64,000 nucleotides of DNA from Pseudomonadota bacterium. Its GTDB lineage: Bacteria; Pseudomonadota; Alphaproteobacteria; Rhodobacterales; Rhodobacteraceae. The stretch spans positions 110,727 through 174,726 of the forward strand of contig JBCCXD010000005.1 in the NCBI GenBank assembly GCA_039192165.1, in the 5' to 3' direction. The translations under genes were made by a program, and so were the position numbers. Each line of letters begins with the position of its first letter. The first letter of the stretch is position 1. A model generated the notes under the pieces. It was given only the letters and a program-made list of their open reading frames with translations, did not search any database and was not told the DNA's origin. Of the stretch, positions 9,209 through 18,072 are shown piece by piece.

Positions 9209-9817
9209 CTACCCTCGCAGCACCAACCAGGTCCATGTGACACCTGCCTGTTGATTTCCTCGCTGAACAGCTTGGGTGGTTTTGGTGTCGACAGCAGTGA
9301 ACCCGGCATCCTCCGCCCATGTCACCGTAGCCGCGACATTTGCAGGAAATACTGGCCGCGTGGGCGCACCTGCACCGTGCCTAATCGAAACAATGACTTT
9401 GCCTCCATCGACAGTCACTGCTCGTAGGGTCGAAAGAGCAGTTTGGCGGTCAGCAGCGTCCAAGTGCTGCCAAACGGCATTCAAAAGAACAATATCGAAC
9501 GATTGCCCAATTGAAATCGTGTTTGAGAGTTCAGGCAGGGCGTCTTTTATCCATGAGATACTAGGGGCTGTGTACTTTGCCATGCCGGCCTGCCTCAGAG
9601 CGTCTACAGGCTCGGCGGCCAGGACGTTATGAGAGAGTGAAGCAAGCCATGCAGCATCTCTCCCAGTCCCGGCTCCCACATCCAGTATGTGACAGGGCTG
9701 GGTCGGGATGTGCTTGATAACTGGCTTAAGCAGATCGGCTGAAGATATGTTTTCAACCCGCTCAATGAAGTCGCCGTTGGCTGCTTCCTCGTAGCCTTTC
9801 AGAATTTCACTTCTCAC
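9209..9817 (-). CDS. Class I SAM-dependent methyltransferase
   Basis: ILDVGAGTGRDAAWLA motif I; FDIVLLNAVWQHL. Confidence 0.9.
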   Translation of the reverse strand: MRSEILKGYEEAANGDFIERVENISSADLLKPVIKHIPTQPCHILDVGAGTGRDAAWLASLSHNVLAAEPVDALRQAGMAKYTAPSISWIKDALPELSNTISIGQSFDIVLLNAVWQHLDAADRQTALSTLRAVTVDGGKVIVSIRHGAGAPTRPVFPANVAATVTWAEDAGFTAVDTKTTQAVQRGNQQAGVTWTWLVLRG

Positions 9818-9969
9818 TCTGTACCCTTCGCGACTCCGATCAGCTTCTGGTTTTCGACGTGTCAGGTAATGAACGCAGGCGCAAATCTGTGTGTCGGCTT
9901 TGTCCGCTTCGACCCCCCAGTGACCTCAGAAGGCCGGACCCAGAAATCACAAAAGCCTGCGCAAATCCC

Positions 9970-10584
9970 TTAGTTGGTATGCGCCAGCGCTTTTTGGACG
10001 TTGGGCCGCTTTTTCACAGCCTCGTAATGCCGCGTGCAATTTCTGAATTCTGACAGGTCAAAGTCCTCACGCAGTGCGCGGTCATAGACCCAGAAAAAAT
10101 ATGAATCGCATGCCGTGTTATGGTCGAAGAACCAGGTACGGCCATCGAGTTCCTGCTCGACAAGAGCCATCTGCTCAAAGAACATCGCCTTCGCCTTGGC
10201 TTTGATGTCGTCATGCGCGCTCTCGATTTCGCAGAATTTGGCCACCCGAAAATGGCGGGTGATATGCGGGTGCATCCCTGAAGAAAACCAGTTCATGTAG
10301 GAAATTGCGCGTGCGCGTTCGAACCTGTCCTGTGGCAGCAGGTTGGCTTTGGGAAAGGCGCCGGCGATCCAGGTCTGAATCGCAGGATTCTCACTCAAAC
10401 CCTTCCCATCGACAACTAAATACGGAACTTTCTGCTTCGGATTGAGCGCCTTGTAACTCTCAGAGTTTTGCTCCTTTTTCGCGAGGCTGATCGACACAAC
10501 GTCGAAGTCGGCGCCCGCCTCCAGAAGAGAAACATAGGCGGCGATCGAACATGCGCCCGGAGCATGGTAAAGCGTGATAGTCAT
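9970..10584 (-). CDS. Glutathione S-transferase (beta-class-like)
   Basis: TLYHAPGACS, LNPKQKVPYL, LSENPAIQTWI. Confidence 0.92.
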   Translation of the reverse strand: MTITLYHAPGACSIAAYVSLLEAGADFDVVSISLAKKEQNSESYKALNPKQKVPYLVVDGKGLSENPAIQTWIAGAFPKANLLPQDRFERARAISYMNWFSSGMHPHITRHFRVAKFCEIESAHDDIKAKAKAMFFEQMALVEQELDGRTWFFDHNTACDSYFFWVYDRALREDFDLSEFRNCTRHYEAVKKRPNVQKALAHTN

Positions 10585-10789
10585 AGTCTTTCCTCTTGAA
10601 GGGTCTCAGCTCGCGCGGATGGTGCGCATTGGCGACGAGGCCGAACACTAACAGATATCCAAATGTGTCCAAGGTGCGCTTGCAGGTCATCAGAAATATC
10701 AATTAACAAACAGTAGGATACCACGCTCCACCTTGCGAGCCCCTAATAGCGTGGGCATGTCTAAGGCATGTATCCACTCGGAGGCTGCT

Positions 10790-11299
10790 ATGCAAAAAGT
10801 TGATTTGGATCGCTTCGTGGAAAAAGTGTTTTCTGCAAAACCATCTGGCACTCAGATCGACGACCTAAAGACTTTTTTTAAGACACAGTCAAAGAACCAC
10901 GACTTTTCTGAAACTGGCGCGGTATTTCGCTATATGGACGACCTCGACAACAAGAGTTCAGCGCTTCTTACCCACGTTTCAATGCTGATCGCAGCAGTCA
11001 GCATTATGCTCACTGTATTCGAAAACACAGTCGGCGATATTTTTCTTCTTCTAGAAGCCGCCGTCTACGTTGCCGTCGCCACCGGCCTTCTCCGATGCAT
11101 CAATATTGTGCGACCGGGTTTCCCACCAGAAGTCAACAAGTCGGCCCTGGCTGCCGAAGAAAACACAGAAGACTACGTTAATGCTATGGTCGAAGAAGCA
11201 GGAATACGACTAATCATTTATACGAAAGCAAGAGTAATAACCCTGTATGCGACACTAGCATTTCTTGCGGGTATCGTAGTTAAGTTGTTGTTCGGATGA
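10790..11299 (+). CDS. Hypothetical 3-TM membrane protein
   Basis: GGAGG RBS before ATG 10790; three hydrophobic segments; AT-rich codon usage. Confidence 0.7.
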   Translation: MQKVDLDRFVEKVFSAKPSGTQIDDLKTFFKTQSKNHDFSETGAVFRYMDDLDNKSSALLTHVSMLIAAVSIMLTVFENTVGDIFLLLEAAVYVAVATGLLRCINIVRPGFPPEVNKSALAAEENTEDYVNAMVEEAGIRLIIYTKARVITLYATLAFLAGIVVKLLFG

Positions 11300-11334
11300 A
11301 TAGACAATAGGGACGCCTACGCCCGCTAAGCAAG

Positions 11335-13158
11335 TCACAACGGAAACACCAACGGGATAACCAAACTTGCAACGATACCGGTGCTCAGGTTCAGCGGGAT
11401 GCCGACTTTCATGAAATCGGTAAACCGGTAGCCGCCGGGGCCATAAACCATCATATTTGTTTGGTAGCCGATGGGCGTGGCAAAGCTGGCGGACGCCGCG
11501 ATCATGACAGCGACCACGAGCGGACGCGGGTCAATACCAAGCGCAGTTGCAATGCCGATCGCGATCGGCGTGACCACAACGGCGACCGCATTGTTGGAGA
11601 CAAGCTCGGTCAAAACGGACGTCAGCAGATAAACCGCCCAGACGATCATGAACGGTGGCAGTTGACCCAGCACCGGGGCAATCCGATCGACAATCAGTGC
11701 CACAGCACCTGAAGCATCTAGAGCGGCGCCGACCGCAAGCATGGCAAAGATCAGCGACAAAAGCCGTCCTTCGACGAAGGAAAAGGCCTCTTCGGCATCG
11801 ATACAGCGGGTGAGTAGTACAACCGCGACCGCAAGCACTGCGCACATCAGGATGGGCGCCAGACCCGTCGCGGCAAGAAGAACAATACCGGCCATCGCCA
11901 AAAGTGCGATCGGCGCGTGACTTCGTCGATAGGCGCGCTCGGACGGTTGTGAGATGTCCACCAGGCCCTGATCAGCGGCAAGGCGCTGGATGTCTTCGGG
12001 GTTGCCCTCCAGAAGCAATGTGTCGCCGACACGGACCACAAGGTCATCAAGCTGACGACCAATATTCTGGTTCCGGCGATGGGCGGCGATCGGGTAAACG
12101 CCGTAGCGGCGGCGCAGCCGCAACTGACCGAGCGACCGCCCCACAAGGCCGCAACCAGGTGTGATCAGCACTTCAACGGTCGCGGTGCGCACCGAACTTA
12201 GCTTGTCGACCTCTGCCCCGGGTTCATCGGCAGCGCTATCCTGAGAGGAGGATCCGGTTTCGACCGATTTATTGGACTGCAGACTAAGAAGTTCGGCCAT
12301 CTCGGTCCGCAAAACCACCCGATCGCCGGCATCCAGCATGACCGCTGCGAGATCGCGCCGCAATGACATATCTCCGCGCAAAACGTCTATGAGCCGCACA
12401 CCGTCCCGTCGGAAGACTTCGACCTCCTGCGCGGGCTGCCCGATCAGGGCGCTGCCTTCAGGTATCGCCACTTCTGTAAAGAACTTCATGCGGGATTTGT
12501 TGGTCAAAAGCTCAGCCATGCTGTCGCGGACTGGCAGCAGGCGCCGGGCGACAAGTGCAATGTAGAGCATGCCCCAGGCCACAACTGCGAAGCCAACCGG
12601 GGTAATCTCAAACAGAGAAAACGGCTCCAAACCGTTGGCGCGGGCGACACCATCGACCAGAAGGTTCGTAGATGTGCCGATCAGTGTAAGCGTACCCCCC
12701 ATAATCGCAGCGTAACTCAGCGGGATCAGGAGTTTCGAAGCGCGGATGCCCAACGTTTTGGCCAGCTGCACAAATACGGGGATCATCACGACCACGACCG
12801 GAGTGTTAGAGACAAAGGCTGACGCAAGCGCGACAAATCCAAGAAGAACGCCAAGCGCGACAGCTGGGCGGTTGGCGGCGCGCTGCTGGGCGAAGGACGT
12901 GAACCAATCCAACGCGCCGGTACGCACCAGCGCCCCCATGACGATAAACATCGCTGCGATGGTCCACGGCGCCGGGTTTGAGAAGACATCTAGCGCCGCT
13001 TCATAGGGTAAAAGCCCCAGAACCAGAAGCAGCGTAGCCCCGGCCAGGGCGGTCACTTCGGCTGGATATACCTCGCGAATAAAGAGCACAAACATGCCCA
13101 GCACAACCGCGAGCGCAGTTAGTGCCTCCTGTGTCGGGGTCAGACCGAGATCAATCAT
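11335..13158 (-). CDS. SLC13 family permease with TrkA-C domains
   Basis: FVSNTPVVV, TLIGTSTNLLV, FATPIGYQTNMMVYGPGGY. Confidence 0.92.
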   Translation of the reverse strand: MIDLGLTPTQEALTALAVVLGMFVLFIREVYPAEVTALAGATLLLVLGLLPYEAALDVFSNPAPWTIAAMFIVMGALVRTGALDWFTSFAQQRAANRPAVALGVLLGFVALASAFVSNTPVVVVMIPVFVQLAKTLGIRASKLLIPLSYAAIMGGTLTLIGTSTNLLVDGVARANGLEPFSLFEITPVGFAVVAWGMLYIALVARRLLPVRDSMAELLTNKSRMKFFTEVAIPEGSALIGQPAQEVEVFRRDGVRLIDVLRGDMSLRRDLAAVMLDAGDRVVLRTEMAELLSLQSNKSVETGSSSQDSAADEPGAEVDKLSSVRTATVEVLITPGCGLVGRSLGQLRLRRRYGVYPIAAHRRNQNIGRQLDDLVVRVGDTLLLEGNPEDIQRLAADQGLVDISQPSERAYRRSHAPIALLAMAGIVLLAATGLAPILMCAVLAVAVVLLTRCIDAEEAFSFVEGRLLSLIFAMLAVGAALDASGAVALIVDRIAPVLGQLPPFMIVWAVYLLTSVLTELVSNNAVAVVVTPIAIGIATALGIDPRPLVVAVMIAASASFATPIGYQTNMMVYGPGGYRFTDFMKVGIPLNLSTGIVASLVIPLVFPL

Positions 13159-13244
13159 TGGGGGTAAGGGGTCCGGTCAGTTTGCGTTCCGAGGACGCAG
13201 TCTGCGCAGGTCCGCATAACTTTGCAAGCGCAGCGCGCTGGATG

Positions 13245-14060
13245 TCAGTCGGGCCCGGCGGAAATCAACCGTCCGCCCTGGCGCACCATTTCGACGCGCT
13301 TTGCAGCACCGCTTCGGTCGTCGGTTTCAACATATAACCCAGACAGCGTGGCCTCACCCAGTGCGGGTTGGAACCGCCCCTTGGGCATGCCTGTTACAAA
13401 GCGCCTCAGAGGTTCGGCGGGATCCATTCCGATCACCGAATTGTAGTCACCGCACATGCCCGCATCTGTCTGGTAGGCTGTCTCGCCTTCAAGGATCTGA
13501 ACATCACTTGTGGGCACGTGGGTATGGGTCCCCACAACCACGCTGGCTTTCCCAGCGCAGTACTGTCCGATCGCCATCTTTTCTGATGTCGCCTCGCAGT
13601 GAATATCCAAGAGGCTCGCGTTCACGAGCCCTCCGCGCGGGTGGGCACGTAACAGTGCGTCAAGTGCTGAAAACGGATCCGCGAAAGGACGTTTCATGAA
13701 CACCTGGCCCAGGATCTGTGCCACAAGGATCTTGCGCCCGCCCGGCGCATCATAAACGCGTGCTCCCTTGCCTGGCGCGTCTTTGGCATAGTTGATCGGA
13801 CGCAGAATCCGAGGTTCTGCTTCGATGAACTGGAGCATGTCACGCTGGTCAAAGGCGTGATCCCCGAGTGTGATTACGTCCGCACCTGCTTCAAGCAGCC
13901 CCCTGGCGTGATCCGGTGTCAAGCCTGCGCCGTTGGACGCATTTTCTCCGTTGATGACCACAAAATCGAGCCGCCACTCGGTCCGAAGGCGCGGCAGATG
14001 CTCGGTCACGGCGGTCCGGCCCGCGCGGCCGACAACATCGCCCAGAAAGAGGAGTTTCAT
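13245..14060 (-). CDS. ymdB: YmdB-like metallophosphoesterase (TIGR00282)
   Basis: LFLGDVVG, NGEN, TLGDH, DIHCEATSEK, VGTHTHVPT. Confidence 0.95.
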   Translation of the reverse strand: MKLLFLGDVVGRAGRTAVTEHLPRLRTEWRLDFVVINGENASNGAGLTPDHARGLLEAGADVITLGDHAFDQRDMLQFIEAEPRILRPINYAKDAPGKGARVYDAPGGRKILVAQILGQVFMKRPFADPFSALDALLRAHPRGGLVNASLLDIHCEATSEKMAIGQYCAGKASVVVGTHTHVPTSDVQILEGETAYQTDAGMCGDYNSVIGMDPAEPLRRFVTGMPKGRFQPALGEATLSGLYVETDDRSGAAKRVEMVRQGGRLISAGPD

Positions 14061-14184
14061 GCATCAGCCCTAGGCTTTTGCAGTACCGGGCGCAAGCTTT
14101 GGGCACCCGCGAAGCAATACGACCCGCACCCGAAGCCGAACGCATTGGTCTTACGAACGTGATGCAGTTCTGAGGGCCATGGCT

Positions 14185-14763
14185 TCAGGCGCGCGGCCAG
14201 AGCAAGGTCTCAGCCTCAGTAACCAGGGCATCAAGCCGCGCGTCGGTGGGCTCGGCAGGGAGGCGCGCGGCCTCCTGCGCTGCAAAGGCAAACCCTATGG
14301 CATAGGTTTCTGGATCAAGGCTGCGCAACTCAGCAAGGGTCCGGTCGTAAAAACCGCCGCCATATCCAAGGCGCGTGCCGCGCCCATCGAAAGCCAGCAG
14401 CGGGAGGATCAAAACCTGCGGCGCCAACAGGTCCTCTGAGGCGGGCACCTGCGCACCGTAGGGACCGTCGACCATCTCGGTCTCGGGGGTCCAACGGTGA
14501 AATCGCAGGGGCAGTCCCTTGCTCTGTACGACGGGCACACAAATGTCGCGGCCCGCCCAGTGTAACGCGGTCATCGCAGGACGCGGATCGAGTTCCGACT
14601 GGATCGGCATGTAGCCTGAGACCGGACCCGGTGGTGCCGAATTCAAATGCGCAAGCAACAGATCAGTTGCGGCCTCTACTGCCGGCCCGCCCAGGCGTCG
14701 ATCGCTGTCAAAGGCCATCTTGCGCCGGGCACGGGCAGTCGCGCGGGCATCCGTCTTGGTCAT
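14185..14763 (-). CDS. ygfA: 5-formyltetrahydrofolate cyclo-ligase
   Basis: PLLAFDGRGTRLGYGGGFYDRTL; start at 14763 overlaps the mgtE stop (ATGA). Confidence 0.93.
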   Translation of the reverse strand: MTKTDARATARARRKMAFDSDRRLGGPAVEAATDLLLAHLNSAPPGPVSGYMPIQSELDPRPAMTALHWAGRDICVPVVQSKGLPLRFHRWTPETEMVDGPYGAQVPASEDLLAPQVLILPLLAFDGRGTRLGYGGGFYDRTLAELRSLDPETYAIGFAFAAQEAARLPAEPTDARLDALVTEAETLLWPRA

Positions 14764-16142
14764 ATCAGGATCAGCGCCGCGAGACCGAGGAATGCAAAAA
14801 AGCCGACGACGTCGGTTACAGTGGTCACGAATGTGCCGGACGCGAGCGCGGGATCTATGCCAAGCTTTTCGAGCCCGAGGGGCACAAGGAGCCCCGCCAG
14901 TCCCGCGACTGCGAGGTTGATAACCATTGCAGCGGCAATAATCAGGGCGAGCACAGGCGTGTCGAACCACAGGTAGCTGATCGCGCCCATAACAATCGCA
15001 AAAAGAAGGCCATTGAAGACACTCGCCAGAACTTCGCGCCGCAAAACCCGCCACGCGTTCGAACCGGTAAGGTCCTTGGTGGCAATCGCACGAACGGCCA
15101 CAGTCAGCGATTGCGTTCCGGCATTGCCGCCCATCGAGGCCACGATAGGCATCAGTATTGCAAGCGCCACAACCTGCGCGATGACATCATCAAACAGGGA
15201 AATAACCAGCGAAGCGATGATCGCTGTCAGCAGATTTACTGCGAGCCAGGGAAAGCGCTGCTTGGTGATCTCCCAGGTCGTGTCGGACACACTTTCATCG
15301 CCCACACCGGCAAGGCGCAGAATGTCTTCGTTGTGCTCCTCGTCGAGCACAACCATAGCGTCATCTATGGTGATGACCCCCACAAGCCGATCTTCCTCGT
15401 CAACCACTGGTGCTGAAATAAGGTGGTACTGGTTGAAGGCGTAAGCGACCTCTGCCTCGTCCTGCATGACGGGAATGGTCCGAAAGCTGTCTTCGGTGAT
15501 GTCGGCAAGGGCCGTGGCGCGCGTCGCACCCAGCAGCCTGCCCAGCGTAACATAACCGGTGGGCTTCAAGCGTGGATCAACCAAGATCACATGATAGAAC
15601 TGGTCAGGAAGGTCGTCGTCCGCGCGGATGTGGTCGATGGTCTGCCCCACAGTCCAGTGCTCGGGTGCCATGACCAGCTCGCGCTGCATAAGGCGCCCGG
15701 CAGAGGTCTCGGGATATTGCAGCGATTGCTCGACAGCAACCCTGTCCGGAGCTTCTAGCGCGTCAAGAATTGCGTCCTGCTGTTCGGCATCCAGGTCCTC
15801 GACCAGATCCACAACATCGTCGCTTTCAAGATCGCGCACCGCTTCGGCAAGGGCTTCAGGTTCAAGCGTGGCGATCACGTCCTCGCGCAGTCCCTCGTTG
15901 AGCTCCGACAGCACCTCGCCCATATCTTCGGATTGCCAGAGCGCCAGAACGTCGCGACGCTTGCCGGGGCCAATTTGCTCAAAAAGATCTGCGATATCTG
16001 CCGGATGGAGAGGTTCGAGCAATTCGGAAACGCGCGGCGCGTCTTCTACCGCCAAGGCGTCATAGAGGCTGGCGACAAGATCGCGGTCGAGCGCGTACTC
16101 GACCTCCGTCTCTGCCTCCGGGAGGAGCTCGGGTTCCGCCAT
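14760..16142 (-). CDS. mgtE: Magnesium transporter MgtE
   Basis: LHPADIADL, SAGRLM, CBS pair, MGGNAGTQ, VTTVTDVVGFF. Confidence 0.96.
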   Translation of the reverse strand: MAEPELLPEAETEVEYALDRDLVASLYDALAVEDAPRVSELLEPLHPADIADLFEQIGPGKRRDVLALWQSEDMGEVLSELNEGLREDVIATLEPEALAEAVRDLESDDVVDLVEDLDAEQQDAILDALEAPDRVAVEQSLQYPETSAGRLMQRELVMAPEHWTVGQTIDHIRADDDLPDQFYHVILVDPRLKPTGYVTLGRLLGATRATALADITEDSFRTIPVMQDEAEVAYAFNQYHLISAPVVDEEDRLVGVITIDDAMVVLDEEHNEDILRLAGVGDESVSDTTWEITKQRFPWLAVNLLTAIIASLVISLFDDVIAQVVALAILMPIVASMGGNAGTQSLTVAVRAIATKDLTGSNAWRVLRREVLASVFNGLLFAIVMGAISYLWFDTPVLALIIAAAMVINLAVAGLAGLLVPLGLEKLGIDPALASGTFVTTVTDVVGFFAFLGLAALILI

Positions 16143-16256
16143 GGATTGCCTCATTTCCTGCGCTTGCGCGCAGCATAGGCGGGCGGTCGCGGGGCGCCAA
16201 CCGGAAAGGCAAGTCCTGCGATTTACAAATTTGCCGGGCGGCGTCAGGGTAAACCT

Positions 16257-17543
16257 ATGTCAAAGAGCCTGTTGTGTGCGCAAACACTTGAGATCACGGG
16301 AAATCCAATGCGGGAGGGCTGGCAGGCCACCTGCCGCCACACCCCCACGGGAGCCGTTCTGATCGAGGCCGGTCGGATTGCGGAGCTCGGGGATGCACAG
16401 ACACTGCGGGCTGCACACCCAGATGCAGATCACGTCGATCTCGGCGACGCACTTTTGCTGCCTGGTTTTGTGGATGCACACGCGCATTTCGCGCAGACAG
16501 GGATCATCGCCAGCTGGGGCAAAAGGCTGATCGACTGGCTGAATGGCTACACGTTCCCCGAAGAGCTGAAGTTCCAAGACCCGGCCTATGCCGCAGAAGT
16601 GGCCAAGCGCTATTTCGACCTGACACTTGCCAACGGCACAACCACTATTTGCAGTTATGGAACGGTGCATCCAGAAAGCGTCGAAGCCTATTTTGCCGAA
16701 GCCCAACGACGTGGTCTTCGCGCCCTCTGCGGAAAAACCTGCATGGACCGAAATGCGCCTGAGGGACTGCGGGACACCGCTCAGCAGGCCTATGACCAGA
16801 GCGCGGCGCTTCTGGCGCGCTGGCATGGCGTTGACCGGCTGGGCTACGTCATCACACCTCGGTTCTCACCGACCTCTACACATTCACAGCTCGAAGCGCT
16901 TGGAGCGCTTTACACCGAGAATCCAGATTGTCTGATGCAGACGCATCTTAGCGAACAAACCGATGAAGTGGCTTGGGTGGCAGAGTTATTTCCAGAAGCG
17001 CGCGACTACCTCGATACTTACGAACGCGCCGGGCTTCTGGGTTCAACCGGGCTTTTTGGACACGCGATTTATCTTACGGAACGGGAGCGGGATCGACTGG
17101 CGGAAACCGGTGGGGCACTGGTGCATTGCCCAACCTCGAACACCTTTATCGGATCGGGGCTTTTCGACATGGGTGGCCTTGCCGGTTCGCATCGGATTGC
17201 GCTGGCGACAGATACAGGCGGCGGCTCGAGTTTTTCGATGCTGAGGACGATGGCGGCCGCTTACGAGGTCGCCCAGTTGGGCGGGCGCGCTCTGCACCCT
17301 GCCGAGCTTTTGTGGCTGGCCACCCGCGGTAGCGCTGAGGCCCTGCATCTCGGTGAACAGATTGGTACGCTTGCAGTTGGTATGGAGGCGGATCTACTGG
17401 CGCTTGATCTTGCCTCGACGCCCTCGATCGCACAGCGCGCGGCGCGAGCTGAAGATATCTGGGAGGCGGTGTTCCCCACATTGATGATGGGAGATGACCG
17501 GGCAATCTCCGGGGTCTGGATCGCCGGCGCGAAGGTGGGCTGA
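16257..17543 (+). CDS. guaD: Guanine deaminase
   Basis: PGFVDAHAH, VITPRFSPTS, QTHLSEQ, HCPTSN, ATDTGGG. Confidence 0.92.
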   Translation: MSKSLLCAQTLEITGNPMREGWQATCRHTPTGAVLIEAGRIAELGDAQTLRAAHPDADHVDLGDALLLPGFVDAHAHFAQTGIIASWGKRLIDWLNGYTFPEELKFQDPAYAAEVAKRYFDLTLANGTTTICSYGTVHPESVEAYFAEAQRRGLRALCGKTCMDRNAPEGLRDTAQQAYDQSAALLARWHGVDRLGYVITPRFSPTSTHSQLEALGALYTENPDCLMQTHLSEQTDEVAWVAELFPEARDYLDTYERAGLLGSTGLFGHAIYLTERERDRLAETGGALVHCPTSNTFIGSGLFDMGGLAGSHRIALATDTGGGSSFSMLRTMAAAYEVAQLGGRALHPAELLWLATRGSAEALHLGEQIGTLAVGMEADLLALDLASTPSIAQRAARAEDIWEAVFPTLMMGDDRAISGVWIAGAKVG

Positions 17544-17610
17544 GCGCGCTCGCAGCGCAATCTTGGGTATGCAGTGCGTCGCGTCCTGGGAGACCCGGAT
17601 TTGAACGAAC

Positions 17611-18072
17611 CTAGCAGGGGCGAGAGAGCGTCATGACCCAGAGGGTGCCGAAACGAGCGGCGCCGGCGGCAGTTGGATTGGGACTAAAAATCAGTGCTGC
17701 ATCCTCCGGCGATTTAATCCAGCTTTCGACTACCTCGGGCTCGGTCCGTTGCCCGCGGGCAATCGCCTCTGTGGCATAGCAAGCATCAAAACCGGCTGCG
17801 CGCATGCGGCGAAGCGGCGTCGATCCGTCTGGCGCATTGTGGGCAAAGTAGCCTTTTGCCGCCATGTCCTCGGCATGCGCGGCTGCGGCACGGCTGAGCG
17901 CGCTCGCTTCGGGGAGTTCAGGCACTGACCTGAGGCTGCGCGCAGCGTTTACCTCAGCCAGAAGTGCAGGCGCAGGACCGGCAACCACAACGCCGCCCGG
18001 AGCCTGCGCAGACCCCGCGCAGCCCGCAAGGCCAAGACATACCAGCACACAGTATGCAGCCCGAAGTATCAT
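17611..18072 (-). CDS. CAP/SCP domain lipoprotein
   Basis: Lipobox LAGC; NAARS, AAAHAEDMAAKGYFAH, EAIARG. Confidence 0.85.
   Translation of the reverse strand: MILRAAYCVLVCLGLAGCAGSAQAPGGVVVAGPAPALLAEVNAARSLRSVPELPEASALSRAAAAHAEDMAAKGYFAHNAPDGSTPLRRMRAAGFDACYATEAIARGQRTEPEVVESWIKSPEDAALIFSPNPTAAGAARFGTLWVMTLSRPC

Larger units (their letters stand above)
8134..9916 (+). repeat. Dispersed degenerate intergenic repeat, (GCRGCGAA)-N10 core-G(TCCGC/AGCCC); about 7 cores in 4 spacers
   Basis: Cores at 8142 ggtccggttt-gagccc, 8573 cggcagcttt-gtccgc, 8619 tggcagcaac-gagtcc, 9170 cagctgcttc-gtccgc, 9179 cgtccgcttc-gagccc, 9892 tgtcggcttt-gtccgc, 9901 tgtccgcttc-gacccc; GCRGCGAA precedes those at 8142, 8619 and 9170. 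Confidence 0.7.

Noticed and set aside
14740-14780. 6S RNA (ssrS), often found upstream of ygfA
   Set aside because: The mgtE stop overlaps the ygfA start, leaving no room
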